A program made the position numbers and the translations under genes. The notes under the pieces were generated by a model. That model was not told the origin of the DNA. It made no database searches and worked only from the letters and a program-made list of their open reading frames with translations. DNA of 8,988 bases. It comes from a virus. Lineage: Duplodnaviria; Heunggongvirae; Uroviricota; Caudoviricetes. The DNA is taken from IMG/VR virus record IMGVR_UViG_2700989169_000006, one strand, 5' to 3'. Numbering within the stretch: position 1 is the first letter of the stretch; each line of letters starts with the position of its first letter. Below, piece by piece: positions 1 through 7,213 of this stretch.

Positions 1-42
1 CAGATGGCTGCTTAAAAAAAGAACAAATGGTAGTGTCCGCTA

Positions 43-366
43 TTGCCAGTACACCTCAAACTACTCATTGCCAGATGGGAACTGACCGCAGAACAGGCTG
101 TCGCACAGCAGTTAAAAAATCAGGTGTCAAAAGGAAATCTTATCGATACCGGATTTTGTATTTTTGCCCTTAGTAAGCTGGCGATGGCTTTATCCAGTAC
201 GCTTGACTCCATTCCTTTGTCCATGCAACGACAGTTCCCGGATTTAACGCCGCGTCATATTGATCATCTGAAAATCCTTATTGCTAAGGGAGCGAATCAG
301 TGCGCGCGTGCGGGGGATAAATTACCGGATTTACTCGATGAATATATCAGAACAACAACTGAGTAA
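43..366 (+). CDS. nu1: Terminase small subunit (Nu1-like), C-terminal large-subunit-interaction region only; reading frame is closed upstream by stops at 13-15 and 31-33, so the N-terminal DNA-binding part is absent in this frame
   Basis: The translation (...FCIFALSKLAMALSSTLDSIPLSMQRQFPDLTPRHIDHLK...LPDLLDEYI) parallels the lambda Nu1 C-terminus as I recall it (...FCTFVLSRIAGEIASILDGLPLSVQRRFPELENRHVDFLK...IPGLLSEYI). The stop TAA at 364-366 overlaps the start of the downstream A homolog, as in lambda. The ORF-track start at 43 is a TTG, not an ATG. Confidence 0.7.
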   Translation: MPVHLKLLIARWELTAEQAVAQQLKNQVSKGNLIDTGFCIFALSKLAMALSSTLDSIPLSMQRQFPDLTPRHIDHLKILIAKGANQCARAGDKLPDLLDEYIRTTTE

Positions 367-2305
367 TATGATGGTGGCAGTCACTATCGCACTGCAGCCA
401 CTGGTCAGGGTATTGCCGGTGACGGCTGTAGAATGGGCCGATCAAAATTATTACCTGCCTAAAGAATCGTCATACGGTGAGGGGGAATGGAAAACGCTGC
501 AGTTTCAGGTCGCCATCATGAACTGCATGGGCAATGACGAGATTCGTACAGTTAACCTGATTAAATCTGCCCGTGTTGGTTATACAAAAATGGTGCTTGG
601 TGTGATCGGGTATTTTATTGAGCACAAATCCCGCAACACTCTTCTTTTTCAGCCGACGGACTCAGCTGCTGAAGATTTTATGAAGTCTCACGTGGAAGCA
701 ACAATTCGTGATGTTCCTTGCCTGAAAAAACTTTCTCCCTGGCTGGGCCGGAAACACCGGGATAATACGCTCACACTGAAGCGTTTTTCCTCTGGTGTGG
801 GGTTCTGGTGTTTGGGTGGTGCTGCTGCCAAAAACTACCGTGAAAAATCTGTCGATGTGGTCTGCTATGACGAACTCTCCTCGTTTGAACCGGATGTGGA
901 AAAAGAAGGTTCGCCAACACTGCTTGGCGATAAACGTATTGAAGGTTCGGTATGGCCAAAATCCATACGCGGTTCAACGCCAAAAATTAAAGGCTCCTGT
1001 CAGATTGAAAAAGCTGCGAATGAATCTGCGCATTTCATGCGGTTTTATGTCCCTTGCCCTCATTGCGGGGAGGAGCAGTATCTGAAGTTTGGCGATGATG
1101 CGACGTCGTTTGGCCTGAAATGGGAGAAGGGTAAACCGGAAACGGTGTATTACCTGTGTGAACATAATGGCTGCGTGATCCGTCAGTCTGAACTTGATCA
1201 GACCGGGGGGCGCTGGATTTGTGACAATACCGGGATGTGGACGTGTGACGGTCTGACGTTTTTCAGTGCTTCGGGTAATGAAATTCCGCCGCCGCGCTCC
1301 ATCACTTTCCATATATGGACGGCGTACAGTCCGTTCACCACCAGGGTACAGATAGTCTGTGACTGGCTGGATGCACTGAAAGATCCCAACGGCGTGAAAA
1401 CTTTTGTGAACACCACGCTGGGCGAGACCTGGGAAGAGGCCGTGGGCGAAAAACTCGATCACCAGGTACTGATGGATAAGGTTGTGCCTTACACGGCAAC
1501 GGTGCCTGTCCGGGTGGTTTATCTGACGGCGGGCATTGACTCGCAGCGAAACCGTTTTGAGATGTATGTCTGGGGGTGGGCTCCGGGAGAGGAAGCCTTT
1601 CTGGTGGATAAAATCATCATCATGGGACGTCCTGATGAGGAAGAGACGCTGTTACGTGTGGATGCGGCGATCAATAAAAAATACCGCCATGCAGACGGTA
1701 CCGAAATGACCATTTCCCGTGTCTGCTGGGATATCGGGGGGATCGATGGCGAAATCGTGTATCAGAGGTCAAAAAAACACGGTATTTTCCGGGTACTGCC
1801 GGTAAAAGGTGCCTCTGTCTATGGCAAGCCGGTGATCACCATGCCGAAAACCCGCAATCAGCGGGGTGTGTATCTGTGTGAGGTGGGGACGGATACCGCA
1901 AAAGAAATTCTCTATGCCCGAATGAAGGCCGATCCCACCCCTGTGAATGAGGCCACATCGTATGCCATCCGCTTTCCTGATAATCCGGAGATTTTTTCGC
2001 AGACAGAGGCACAACAACTGGTGGCGGAGGAACTGGTGGAAAAGTGGGAAAAAGGAAAGATGCGTCTGTTGTGGGATAACAAAAAGCGGCGTAACGAAGC
2101 GCTGGACTGCCTGGTGTATGCCTATGCGGCATTACGTGTGTCCGTGCAACGCTGGCAACTTGATCTGGCTGGGGGNNNNNNNNNNNNNNNNNNNNNNNNN
2201 NNNNNNNNNNNNNNNNNNNNNNNNNNNNNNNNNNNNNNNNNNNNNNNNNNNNNNCTGCACAACCGACCCTTGAAGAACTGGCAGCGAAGCTGTCCGGAGG
2301 AGTGA
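338..2305 (+). CDS. A: Terminase large subunit (lambda gpA-like; ATPase/endonuclease)
   Basis: The long ORF 281..2305 contains an internal Met at 338 beginning MNISEQQLS..., matching the recalled lambda gpA N-terminus MNISNSQVN.... Many colinear motifs follow: TAVEWAD.NYYLPKES, KNYREKSVDV, DKRIEGSVWPKSIRGSTPK, CPHCGEEQYLKFGD, FVNTTLGETWE, YLTAGIDSQ, KKRRNEALDC. The C-terminus is interrupted by an N-run at 2176-2254, so the end and frame after the gap are uncertain. Confidence 0.93.
   Translation: MNISEQQLSNMMVAVTIALQPLVRVLPVTAVEWADQNYYLPKESSYGEGEWKTLQFQVAIMNCMGNDEIRTVNLIKSARVGYTKMVLGVIGYFIEHKSRNTLLFQPTDSAAEDFMKSHVEATIRDVPCLKKLSPWLGRKHRDNTLTLKRFSSGVGFWCLGGAAAKNYREKSVDVVCYDELSSFEPDVEKEGSPTLLGDKRIEGSVWPKSIRGSTPKIKGSCQIEKAANESAHFMRFYVPCPHCGEEQYLKFGDDATSFGLKWEKGKPETVYYLCEHNGCVIRQSELDQTGGRWICDNTGMWTCDGLTFFSASGNEIPPPRSITFHIWTAYSPFTTRVQIVCDWLDALKDPNGVKTFVNTTLGETWEEAVGEKLDHQVLMDKVVPYTATVPVRVVYLTAGIDSQRNRFEMYVWGWAPGEEAFLVDKIIIMGRPDEEETLLRVDAAINKKYRHADGTEMTISRVCWDIGGIDGEIVYQRSKKHGIFRVLPVKGASVYGKPVITMPKTRNQRGVYLCEVGTDTAKEILYARMKADPTPVNEATSYAIRFPDNPEIFSQTEAQQLVAEELVEKWEKGKMRLLWDNKKRRNEALDCLVYAYAALRVSVQRWQLDLAGXXXXXXXXXXXXXXXXXXXXXXXXXXXLHNRPLKNWQRSCPEE
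2176..2254. other. Run of 79 N (assembly gap or masked sequence) inside the 3' end of the terminase large subunit gene
   Basis: Literal n characters in the sequence. Confidence 1.
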
Positions 2306-2509
2306 ATGGTTACAGTCGCTGAACTGCAGGCGCTGCGTCAGGCGCGCCTTGATTTATTAACCGGTAAACGGGTTGTGTCGGTACAGAAAGACGGTCGCAG
2401 GATCGAATATACGGCAGCGTCCCTGAATGAGCTTAACCGTGCGATCAACGATGCGGAGTCGGTTCTGGGTACGACCCGACGCCGCCGACCGCTGGGAGTG
2501 AGGTTATGA
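2306..2509 (+). CDS. W: Head-tail joining / head completion protein (lambda gpW-like)
   Basis: The 67-aa product contains LLTGKRVVSVQKDGRRIEYTAASLNEL, matching recalled lambda gpW ([27 protein letters not shown]). Its ATG at 2306 directly follows the A stop (TGAATG), and its TGA at 2507-2509 overlaps the B start. Confidence 0.9.
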   Translation: MVTVAELQALRQARLDLLTGKRVVSVQKDGRRIEYTAASLNELNRAINDAESVLGTTRRRRPLGVRL

Positions 2510-3561
2510 AACGAACGCCTGTCCTGATTGATGTGAACGGCGTTCCGCTTCGTGAGAGTCTCAGCTACAACGGAGGCGGCGCAGGATTTGGCGGGCAAAT
2601 GGCAGAGTGGTTACCACCGGCGCAGAGTGCCGATGCGGCCCTGTTGCCTGCATTGCGTCTGGGGAATGCCCGGGCAGATGATCTGGTGCGCAATAACGGT
2701 ATCGCGGCTAATGCGGTGGCCCTGCATAAGGATCATATCGTCGGGCACATGTTTCTTATCAGCTACCGTCTGAACTGGCGTTGGCTGGGGATGCGGGAGA
2801 CCACGGCAAAAAGTTTTGTCGGGGAGGTGGAAGCAGCCTGGTCGGAATACGCAGAAGGAATGTTTGGCGAGATCGACGTGGAAGGGAAACGCACGTTTAC
2901 GGAATTTATCCGTGAAGGGGTGGGCGTGCATGCCTTTAACGGCGAAATCTTTGTGCAGCCGGTCTGGGATACGGAAACCACGCAGTTATTCCGTACGCGT
3001 TTTAAAGCCGTGAGTCCGAAACGGGTGGACACGCCAGGACACGGTATGGGGAACCACTTTCTGCGGGCCGGGGTTGAGGTCGATCGGTATGGGCGGGCGA
3101 TTGCGTACCATATCTGTGAGGATGATTTTCCGTTCTCTGGTGCCGGACGCTGGGAGCGGATCCCGCGTGAGCTTCCCACCGGGCGTCCGGCCATGCTGCA
3201 TATTTTTGAGCCGGTGGAGGACGGGCAGACCCGTGGGGCTAATCAGTTTTACAGCGTAATGGAGCGGATGAAGATGCTGGACTCCCTGCAGGCCACGCAG
3301 CTTCAGTCGGCCATTGTGAAGGCGATGTATGCAGCCACAATCGAAAGTGAACTTGATACCGAAAAGGCATTTGAATATATCGCGGGGGCACCGCAAGGTC
3401 AGCAGGATAATCCGCTTATTAATATTCTGGAGAAGTTCACCCGCTGGTATGACACGAATAACGTGACGCTGGGCGGTGTTAAAATTCCGCACCTTTTTTC
3501 CTGGCGATGCGCTGAACCTGCAGACAGCGCAGGATTCAGACAATGGATTTTCGGCGCTTGA
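2506..3561 (+). CDS. B: Portal protein (lambda gpB-like), N-terminal segment in frame 1; homology to gpB ends near 3497 where the frame breaks
   Basis: The translation shows GNARADDLVRNNG, HAFNGEIFVQ, SPKR, IPRELP, FEPVEDGQTRGANQFYSVMERMKMLDSLQATQLQSAIVKAMYAATIESELDT, matching recalled lambda gpB. After ...GGVKIPHLF the frame-1 translation (SWRCAEPADSAGFRQWIFGA) no longer resembles gpB. Confidence 0.85.
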   Translation: MKRTPVLIDVNGVPLRESLSYNGGGAGFGGQMAEWLPPAQSADAALLPALRLGNARADDLVRNNGIAANAVALHKDHIVGHMFLISYRLNWRWLGMRETTAKSFVGEVEAAWSEYAEGMFGEIDVEGKRTFTEFIREGVGVHAFNGEIFVQPVWDTETTQLFRTRFKAVSPKRVDTPGHGMGNHFLRAGVEVDRYGRAIAYHICEDDFPFSGAGRWERIPRELPTGRPAMLHIFEPVEDGQTRGANQFYSVMERMKMLDSLQATQLQSAIVKAMYAATIESELDTEKAFEYIAGAPQGQQDNPLINILEKFTRWYDTNNVTLGGVKIPHLFSWRCAEPADSAGFRQWIFGA

Positions 3562-4159
3562 ACAGGCGCTGCTGCGGTATATTGCAGCCGGTCTTGGCGT
3601 TTCCTACGAACAGTTGTCCCGTGATTACTCGAAGGTCAGTTACTCAAGTGCCCGCGCCTCCGCCAATGAGTCGTGGCGCTATTTTATGGGGCGGCGAAAA
3701 TTTATTGCGGCCCGGCTGGCCACGCAGATGTTTTCCTGCTGGCTGGGAGGGGNNNNNNNNNNNNNNNNNNNNNNNNNNNNNNNNNNNNNNNNNNNNNNNN
3801 NNNNNNNNNNNNNNNNNNNNNNNNNNNNNNNNNNNNNNNNNNNNNNNNNNNNNNNNNNNNNNNNGGCGCGTTCAGCCTGGTCACGGGCAGAGTGGATTAG
3901 CTCCGGAAGAATGGCCATTGACGGGCTCAAGGAGGTCCAGGAATCGGTGATGCGCATTGAGGCCGGACTGAGCACGTATGAGAAAGAACTGGCACTGATG
4001 GGCGAAGATTATCAGGACATTTTCCGCCAGCAGGTCAGGGAATCCGCAGAGCGCGAAAAAGCCGGACTCTCACGTCCGGTGTGGATAGCCCAGGCGTATC
4101 AGCAGCAGATAGCGGAGAGTCGCAGGCCGGAAGAGGAGACAACATCACGTGAGACGTAA
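3476..4159 (+). CDS. B: Portal protein (lambda gpB-like), C-terminal segment in frame 2; its real continuation begins at about 3497, not at the GTG at 3476
   Basis: The translation PGDALNLQTAQDSDNGFSALEQALLRYIAAGLGVSYEQLSRDYSKVSYSSARASANESWRYFMGRRKF...SGRMAIDGLKEVQESVMRIEAGLSTYEKE matches the recalled lambda gpB C-terminal half. It is interrupted by an N-run at 3753-3864. Confidence 0.85.
   Translation: MLKFRTFFPGDALNLQTAQDSDNGFSALEQALLRYIAAGLGVSYEQLSRDYSKVSYSSARASANESWRYFMGRRKFIAARLATQMFSCWLGGXXXXXXXXXXXXXXXXXXXXXXXXXXXXXXXXXXXXXXARSAWSRAEWISSGRMAIDGLKEVQESVMRIEAGLSTYEKELALMGEDYQDIFRQQVRESAEREKAGLSRPVWIAQAYQQQIAESRRPEEETTSRET
3753..3864. other. Run of 112 N (assembly gap or masked sequence) inside the portal gene
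   Basis: Literal n characters in the sequence. Confidence 1.
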
Positions 4160-5687
4160 TCTTTCACATATTATCGCTGCGGCATTCAATGAGCCGCTGC
4201 TTCTGGAGCCCGCCTATGCGCGGGTTTTCTTTTGCGCGCTCGGGCGTGAGATGGGCGCAGCAAGCCTTTCGGTACCGCAACAGCAGGTACAGCTTGACGC
4301 TCCCGGGATGCTGGCTGAAACGGACGAGTACATGGCCGGAGGCAAACGACCTGCCCGTGTTTACCGGGTGGTGAACGGTATTGCTGTACTGCCGGTGACC
4401 GGCACGCTGGTACACCGGCTGGGTGGCATGCGGCCATTTTCCGGAATGACTGGCTATGACGGCATTGTCGCCTGTCTTCAGCAGGCAATGGCGGACACTC
4501 AGGTACGGGGCGTACTGCTGGACATTGACAGTTCTGGCGGGCAGGCCACCGGCGCGTTTGACTGCGCTGACATGATTTACCGTCTCCGGCAGCTGAAGCC
4601 TGTCTGGGCACTGTGCAATGACACGGCCTGTTCAGCCGCCATGTTACTGGCATCGGCCTGCTCCCGACGGCTGGTTACCCAGACATCCCGTATCGGCTCC
4701 ATTGGGGTGATGATGGGCCATGTCAGCTATGCCGGTCATCTGGCACAGGCCGGTGTGGATATCACGCTGATTTACGCCGGATCGCACAAGGTGGATGGCA
4801 ATCAGTTTGAATCCCTGCCAGCAAAGGTTCGCCAGGACATGCAGCAGCGCATTGATGCGGCGCGCCGGATGTTTGCTGAAAAAGTGGCGATGTATACCGG
4901 TTTATCTGTGGATGCGGTTATGGGAACAGAGGCCGCCGTTTTTGAAGGTCAGTCCGGTATTGAGGCCGAACTGGCGGATGAATTAATCAATGCGTCGGAC
5001 GCCATCAGCGTGATGGCTGCGACGCTGAACACACACGATACAGGAGGCACTATGCCGCAATTAACTGCAACGGAGGCTGCCGCGCAGGAGAACCAGCGAG
5101 TGATGGGGATCCTGACGTGTCAGGAAGCGAAAGGACGTGAACAACTGGCCACGATGCTGGCAGGGCAACAGGGTATGAGCGTTGAGCAGGCCCGGGCGAT
5201 TCTGGCCGTGGCGGCACCGCAACAATCTGGTGTATCTGCGCAGAGTGAAGCCGATCGCATTATGGCATGTGAAGAGGCGAAAGGACGTGAACAACTGGCG
5301 GCAACGCTGGCGGCGATGCCGGAGATGACGGTGGAAAAAGCCCGTCCGATTCTGGCTGCTTCACCGCAGGCGAATGCCGGACCCTCACTTCGTGATCAGA
5401 TTATGGCCCTGGATGAGGCAAAAGGGGCAGAGGCGCAGGCTGAAAAACTGGCGGCCTGTCCGGGGATGACCGTGGAGAATGCCCGGGCTGTACTGGCGGC
5501 AGCCTCANNNNNNNNNNNNNNNNNNNNNNNNNNNNNNNNNNNNNNNNNNNNNNNNNNNNNNNNNNNNNNNNNNNNNNNNNNNNNNNNNNNNNNNNNNNNN
5601 NNNNNNNNNNNNNNNNNNNNNNNNNNNNNNNNNNNNNNNNNNNNNNNNNNNNNNNNNNNNNNNNNNNNNNNNNTGATGCGGACGTGA
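4149..5687 (+). CDS. C: Prohead protease / minor capsid protein C (lambda gpC-like, S49/ClpP-type peptidase) with the scaffold (Nu3-like) region in its C-terminal part; 3' end uncertain because of the N-run at 5508-5673
   Basis: The N-terminal region ...AAFNEPLLLEPAYARVFFCAL..., NGIAVLPVTGTLV, GAFDCADMI, KPVWAL, SRRLVTQTSRIGSIGVMM, ITLIYAGSHKVDGN and AARRMFAEKVAMYTGLSV match recalled lambda gpC. The start is a GTG at 4149, overlapping the portal end by 11 nt, with GAGGAG upstream at about 4132-4137. Confidence 0.88.
   Translation: MRRNLSHIIAAAFNEPLLLEPAYARVFFCALGREMGAASLSVPQQQVQLDAPGMLAETDEYMAGGKRPARVYRVVNGIAVLPVTGTLVHRLGGMRPFSGMTGYDGIVACLQQAMADTQVRGVLLDIDSSGGQATGAFDCADMIYRLRQLKPVWALCNDTACSAAMLLASACSRRLVTQTSRIGSIGVMMGHVSYAGHLAQAGVDITLIYAGSHKVDGNQFESLPAKVRQDMQQRIDAARRMFAEKVAMYTGLSVDAVMGTEAAVFEGQSGIEAELADELINASDAISVMAATLNTHDTGGTMPQLTATEAAAQENQRVMGILTCQEAKGREQLATMLAGQQGMSVEQARAILAVAAPQQSGVSAQSEADRIMACEEAKGREQLAATLAAMPEMTVEKARPILAASPQANAGPSLRDQIMALDEAKGAEAQAEKLAACPGMTVENARAVLAAASXXXXXXXXXXXXXXXXXXXXXXXXXXXXXXXXXXXXXXXXXXXXXXXXXXXXXXXXMRT
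5052..5687 (+). CDS. nu3: Scaffolding protein (Nu3-like) from an in-frame internal start within C; 3' end uncertain (gap)
   Basis: An in-frame ATG at 5052 is preceded by a strong AGGAGG at 5042-5047. The downstream sequence (ENQRVMGILTCQEAKGREQLA...PGMTVE.AR.ILAAA.PQ) parallels the recalled lambda Nu3 region (ENSRIMGILNCEEAHGREEQARVLAETPGMTVKTARRILAAAPQ). Lambda is known to express Nu3 from an internal in-frame start in C. Confidence 0.5.
   Translation: MPQLTATEAAAQENQRVMGILTCQEAKGREQLATMLAGQQGMSVEQARAILAVAAPQQSGVSAQSEADRIMACEEAKGREQLAATLAAMPEMTVEKARPILAASPQANAGPSLRDQIMALDEAKGAEAQAEKLAACPGMTVENARAVLAAASXXXXXXXXXXXXXXXXXXXXXXXXXXXXXXXXXXXXXXXXXXXXXXXXXXXXXXXXMRT
5097..5507 (+). repeat. Tandem in-frame repeat array (at least 3 copies, about 141-159 bp each) encoding the Nu3/C C-terminal motif; the array runs into the N-gap
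   Basis: The 23-mer gcgaaaggacgtgaacaactggc occurs identically at 5127-5149 and 5277-5299, exactly 150 bp apart. The protein-level units are RVMGILTCQEAKGREQLATMLAGQQGMSVEQARAILAVAAPQQ / RIMACEEAKGREQLAATLAAMPEMTVEKARPILAASPQ / IMALDEAKGAEAQAEKLAACPGMTVENARAVLAAAS. Confidence 0.75.
5508..5673. other. Run of 166 N (assembly gap or masked sequence) at the 3' end of C/Nu3, directly after the tandem repeat array
   Basis: Literal n characters in the sequence. Confidence 1.
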
Positions 5688-5746
5688 AAATGCTCATGGC
5701 CATGCCATGAAGTCAGTGCTGACCATCAATATGAGGTTTTTACAAT

Positions 5747-6094
5747 ATGGTAACGAAAACCATCACTGAACAGCGTGCGGAAGTACGTATTTTTGCCGGT
5801 AATGATCCGGCCCATACCGCCACAGGCTGCAGCGGGATTTCCTCGGCAACACCGGCTCTGACGCCCCTGATGCTGGATGAGGATACCGGGAAACTGGTGG
5901 TCTGGGACGGACAGAAGGCAGGCCATGTGGTTGGCATACTGGTACTGCCGCTTGAAGGTACAGAGACGGTGCTGACGTATTACAAGTCGGGGACCTTTGC
6001 GACGGAGGCCATCCACTGGCCTGAGAGAGTGGATACACACAAAAAGGCGAATGCCTTTGCCGGCAGTGCCCTGAGTCACGCAGCGCTGCCGTAA
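5747..6094 (+). CDS. D: Head decoration protein (lambda gpD-like)
   Basis: The 115-aa product contains NDPAHTAT, TPLMLD, KLVVWDG, YYKSGTF, WPE and AFAG, matching recalled lambda gpD. GAGG lies about 10 nt upstream of the ATG. Confidence 0.92.
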   Translation: MVTKTITEQRAEVRIFAGNDPAHTATGCSGISSATPALTPLMLDEDTGKLVVWDGQKAGHVVGILVLPLEGTETVLTYYKSGTFATEAIHWPERVDTHKKANAFAGSALSHAALP

Positions 6095-6151
6095 CATTTT
6101 ATCAGGTCACTGCGGTAGCCTGACTGATTTCTGAATGAAAGGAACTGATTT

Positions 6152-7180
6152 ATGGGATTGTTTACGACCCGCCAGTTACTCGGTTATACCGAACAAAAAG
6201 TTAAATTTCGTGCGCTGTTTCTGGAGCTGTTTTTCCGCCGTACGGTGAATTTCCATACCGAAGAGGTAATGCTGGACAAAATTACCGGAAAAACGCCGGT
6301 GGCGGCCTATGTCTCCCCGGTTGTTGAAGGAAAGGTGTTGCGTCACCGTGGCGGTGAAACTCGTGTACTGCGCCCGGGCTACGTTAAGCCGAAACACGAA
6401 TTTAATTACCAGCAGGCGGTGGAGCGTCTTCCCGGTGAAGATCCGGCCCAGCTGAACGGCCCGGCTTACCGTCGCCTGCGTATCATCACCGATAACCTCA
6501 AACAGGAAGAGCACGCCATTGTCCAGGTGGAAGAGATGCAGGCGGTGAATGCCGTGCTGTATGGCAAATACACCATGGAAGGAGAGCAGTTTGAAACTGT
6601 TGAGGTCGATTTTGGCCGGTCGGTGGGAAATAACATTACGCAGGCAGGAGGGACGGAGTGGAGCGCTCAGGACCGCGATACCTTTGATCCGACGCATGAT
6701 CTGGATGCGTACTGTGATTTTGCTTCCGGCACCATCAATATTGCCATTATGGATGGTAAGGTCTGGCGTCTGCTGAATGGCTTTAAGCTGTTCCGCGAAA
6801 AACTGGATACCCGTCGTGGCTCAAATTCACAGCTGGAAACGGCAGTGAAAGACCTGGGGGCGGTGGTGTCCTTCAAAGGGTATTATGGTGATCTGGCAAT
6901 CGTGGTGGCAAAAACGTCCTATGTGGCAGAGGACGGTACCGAAAAACGTTATCTGCCGGACGGCACACTGGTACTGGGAAATACGGCCGCAGAGGGTATT
7001 CGTTGCTACGGTGCCATTCAGGATGCGCAGGCATTGTCTGAAGGCGTGGTGGCGTCTTCCCGTTATCCGAAACACTGGCTGACCGTGGGTGATCCGGCGC
7101 GTGAATTCACCATGACGCAGTCCGCGCCGCTGATGGTGCTGCCGGATCCGGATGAGTTTGTGGTGGTGCAGGTGAAATAA
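6152..7180 (+). CDS. E: Major capsid protein (lambda gpE-like)
   Basis: The 342-aa product is colinear with recalled lambda gpE: PGYVKPKHE, AIVQVEEMQAVNAVLYGKYTMEGE, NNITQAGGTEWS, EKLDTRRGSNSQLETAVKDLG, LPDGTLVLGNT, GDPAREFTMTQSAPLMVLPDPDEFVVVQ. AAAGGA lies upstream of the ATG. Confidence 0.95.
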   Translation: MGLFTTRQLLGYTEQKVKFRALFLELFFRRTVNFHTEEVMLDKITGKTPVAAYVSPVVEGKVLRHRGGETRVLRPGYVKPKHEFNYQQAVERLPGEDPAQLNGPAYRRLRIITDNLKQEEHAIVQVEEMQAVNAVLYGKYTMEGEQFETVEVDFGRSVGNNITQAGGTEWSAQDRDTFDPTHDLDAYCDFASGTINIAIMDGKVWRLLNGFKLFREKLDTRRGSNSQLETAVKDLGAVVSFKGYYGDLAIVVAKTSYVAEDGTEKRYLPDGTLVLGNTAAEGIRCYGAIQDAQALSEGVVASSRYPKHWLTVGDPAREFTMTQSAPLMVLPDPDEFVVVQVK

Positions 7181-7186
7181 TCCGTG

Positions 7187-7213
7187 AGCGGGAGCTAAAT
7201 GCTCCCGTTTTTC
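7187..7213 (+). terminator. Putative intrinsic (Rho-independent) terminator or attenuator hairpin directly downstream of the major capsid gene
   Basis: Perfect inverted repeat cgggagc (7189-7195) / gctcccg (7201-7207) with a 5-nt loop (taaat), followed by TTTTT (7208-7212), 7 nt after the E stop codon. Confidence 0.45.

Noticed and set aside
795-1085. Alternative-frame + strand ORFs inside A, B, C and E (e.g. 795..1085, 1947..2273, 2552..2773, 2816..3013, 3074..3259, 3543..3950, 4189..4374, 4795..4986, 6549..6776, 6885..7082, 7266..7532)
   Set aside because: They overlap strongly homologous head genes in other frames, and their translations are R/W/C-rich nonsense. The coordinates give the first of these as an example.
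974-1462. Minus-strand ORF of 162 aa antisense to the terminase large subunit gene (also 771..983, 1198..1416, 1519..1713, 1769..2017, 1836..2132 on the minus strand)
   Set aside because: They lie entirely inside a strongly supported + strand gene, have no recognisable motifs, and are rich in R, P and H, which is typical of antisense translation of GC-rich coding sequence. There is no sign of an RBS or independent conservation.
3494-3499. T6 run considered as a programmed ribosomal frameshift site in the portal gene
   Set aside because: No lambdoid portal is known to need frameshifting. The simple one-base homopolymer excess in a draft-quality contig with N-gaps is better explained as a sequencing error or a pseudogenising mutation. 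Retained only as a finding to verify.
2986-3543. Minus-strand ORF of 185 aa, plus 2763..3194 (143 aa) and 2611..2931 (106 aa), antisense to the portal gene
   Set aside because: Same reasoning: embedded in the portal coding sequence, with low-complexity R/P-rich translations and no supporting signals.
6095-6151. Possible hairpin (tcagg ... cctga) in the D-E intergenic region
   Set aside because: Only a 5-bp imperfect stem with a 12-nt loop and no T-tract; too weak to call a terminator or regulatory structure.
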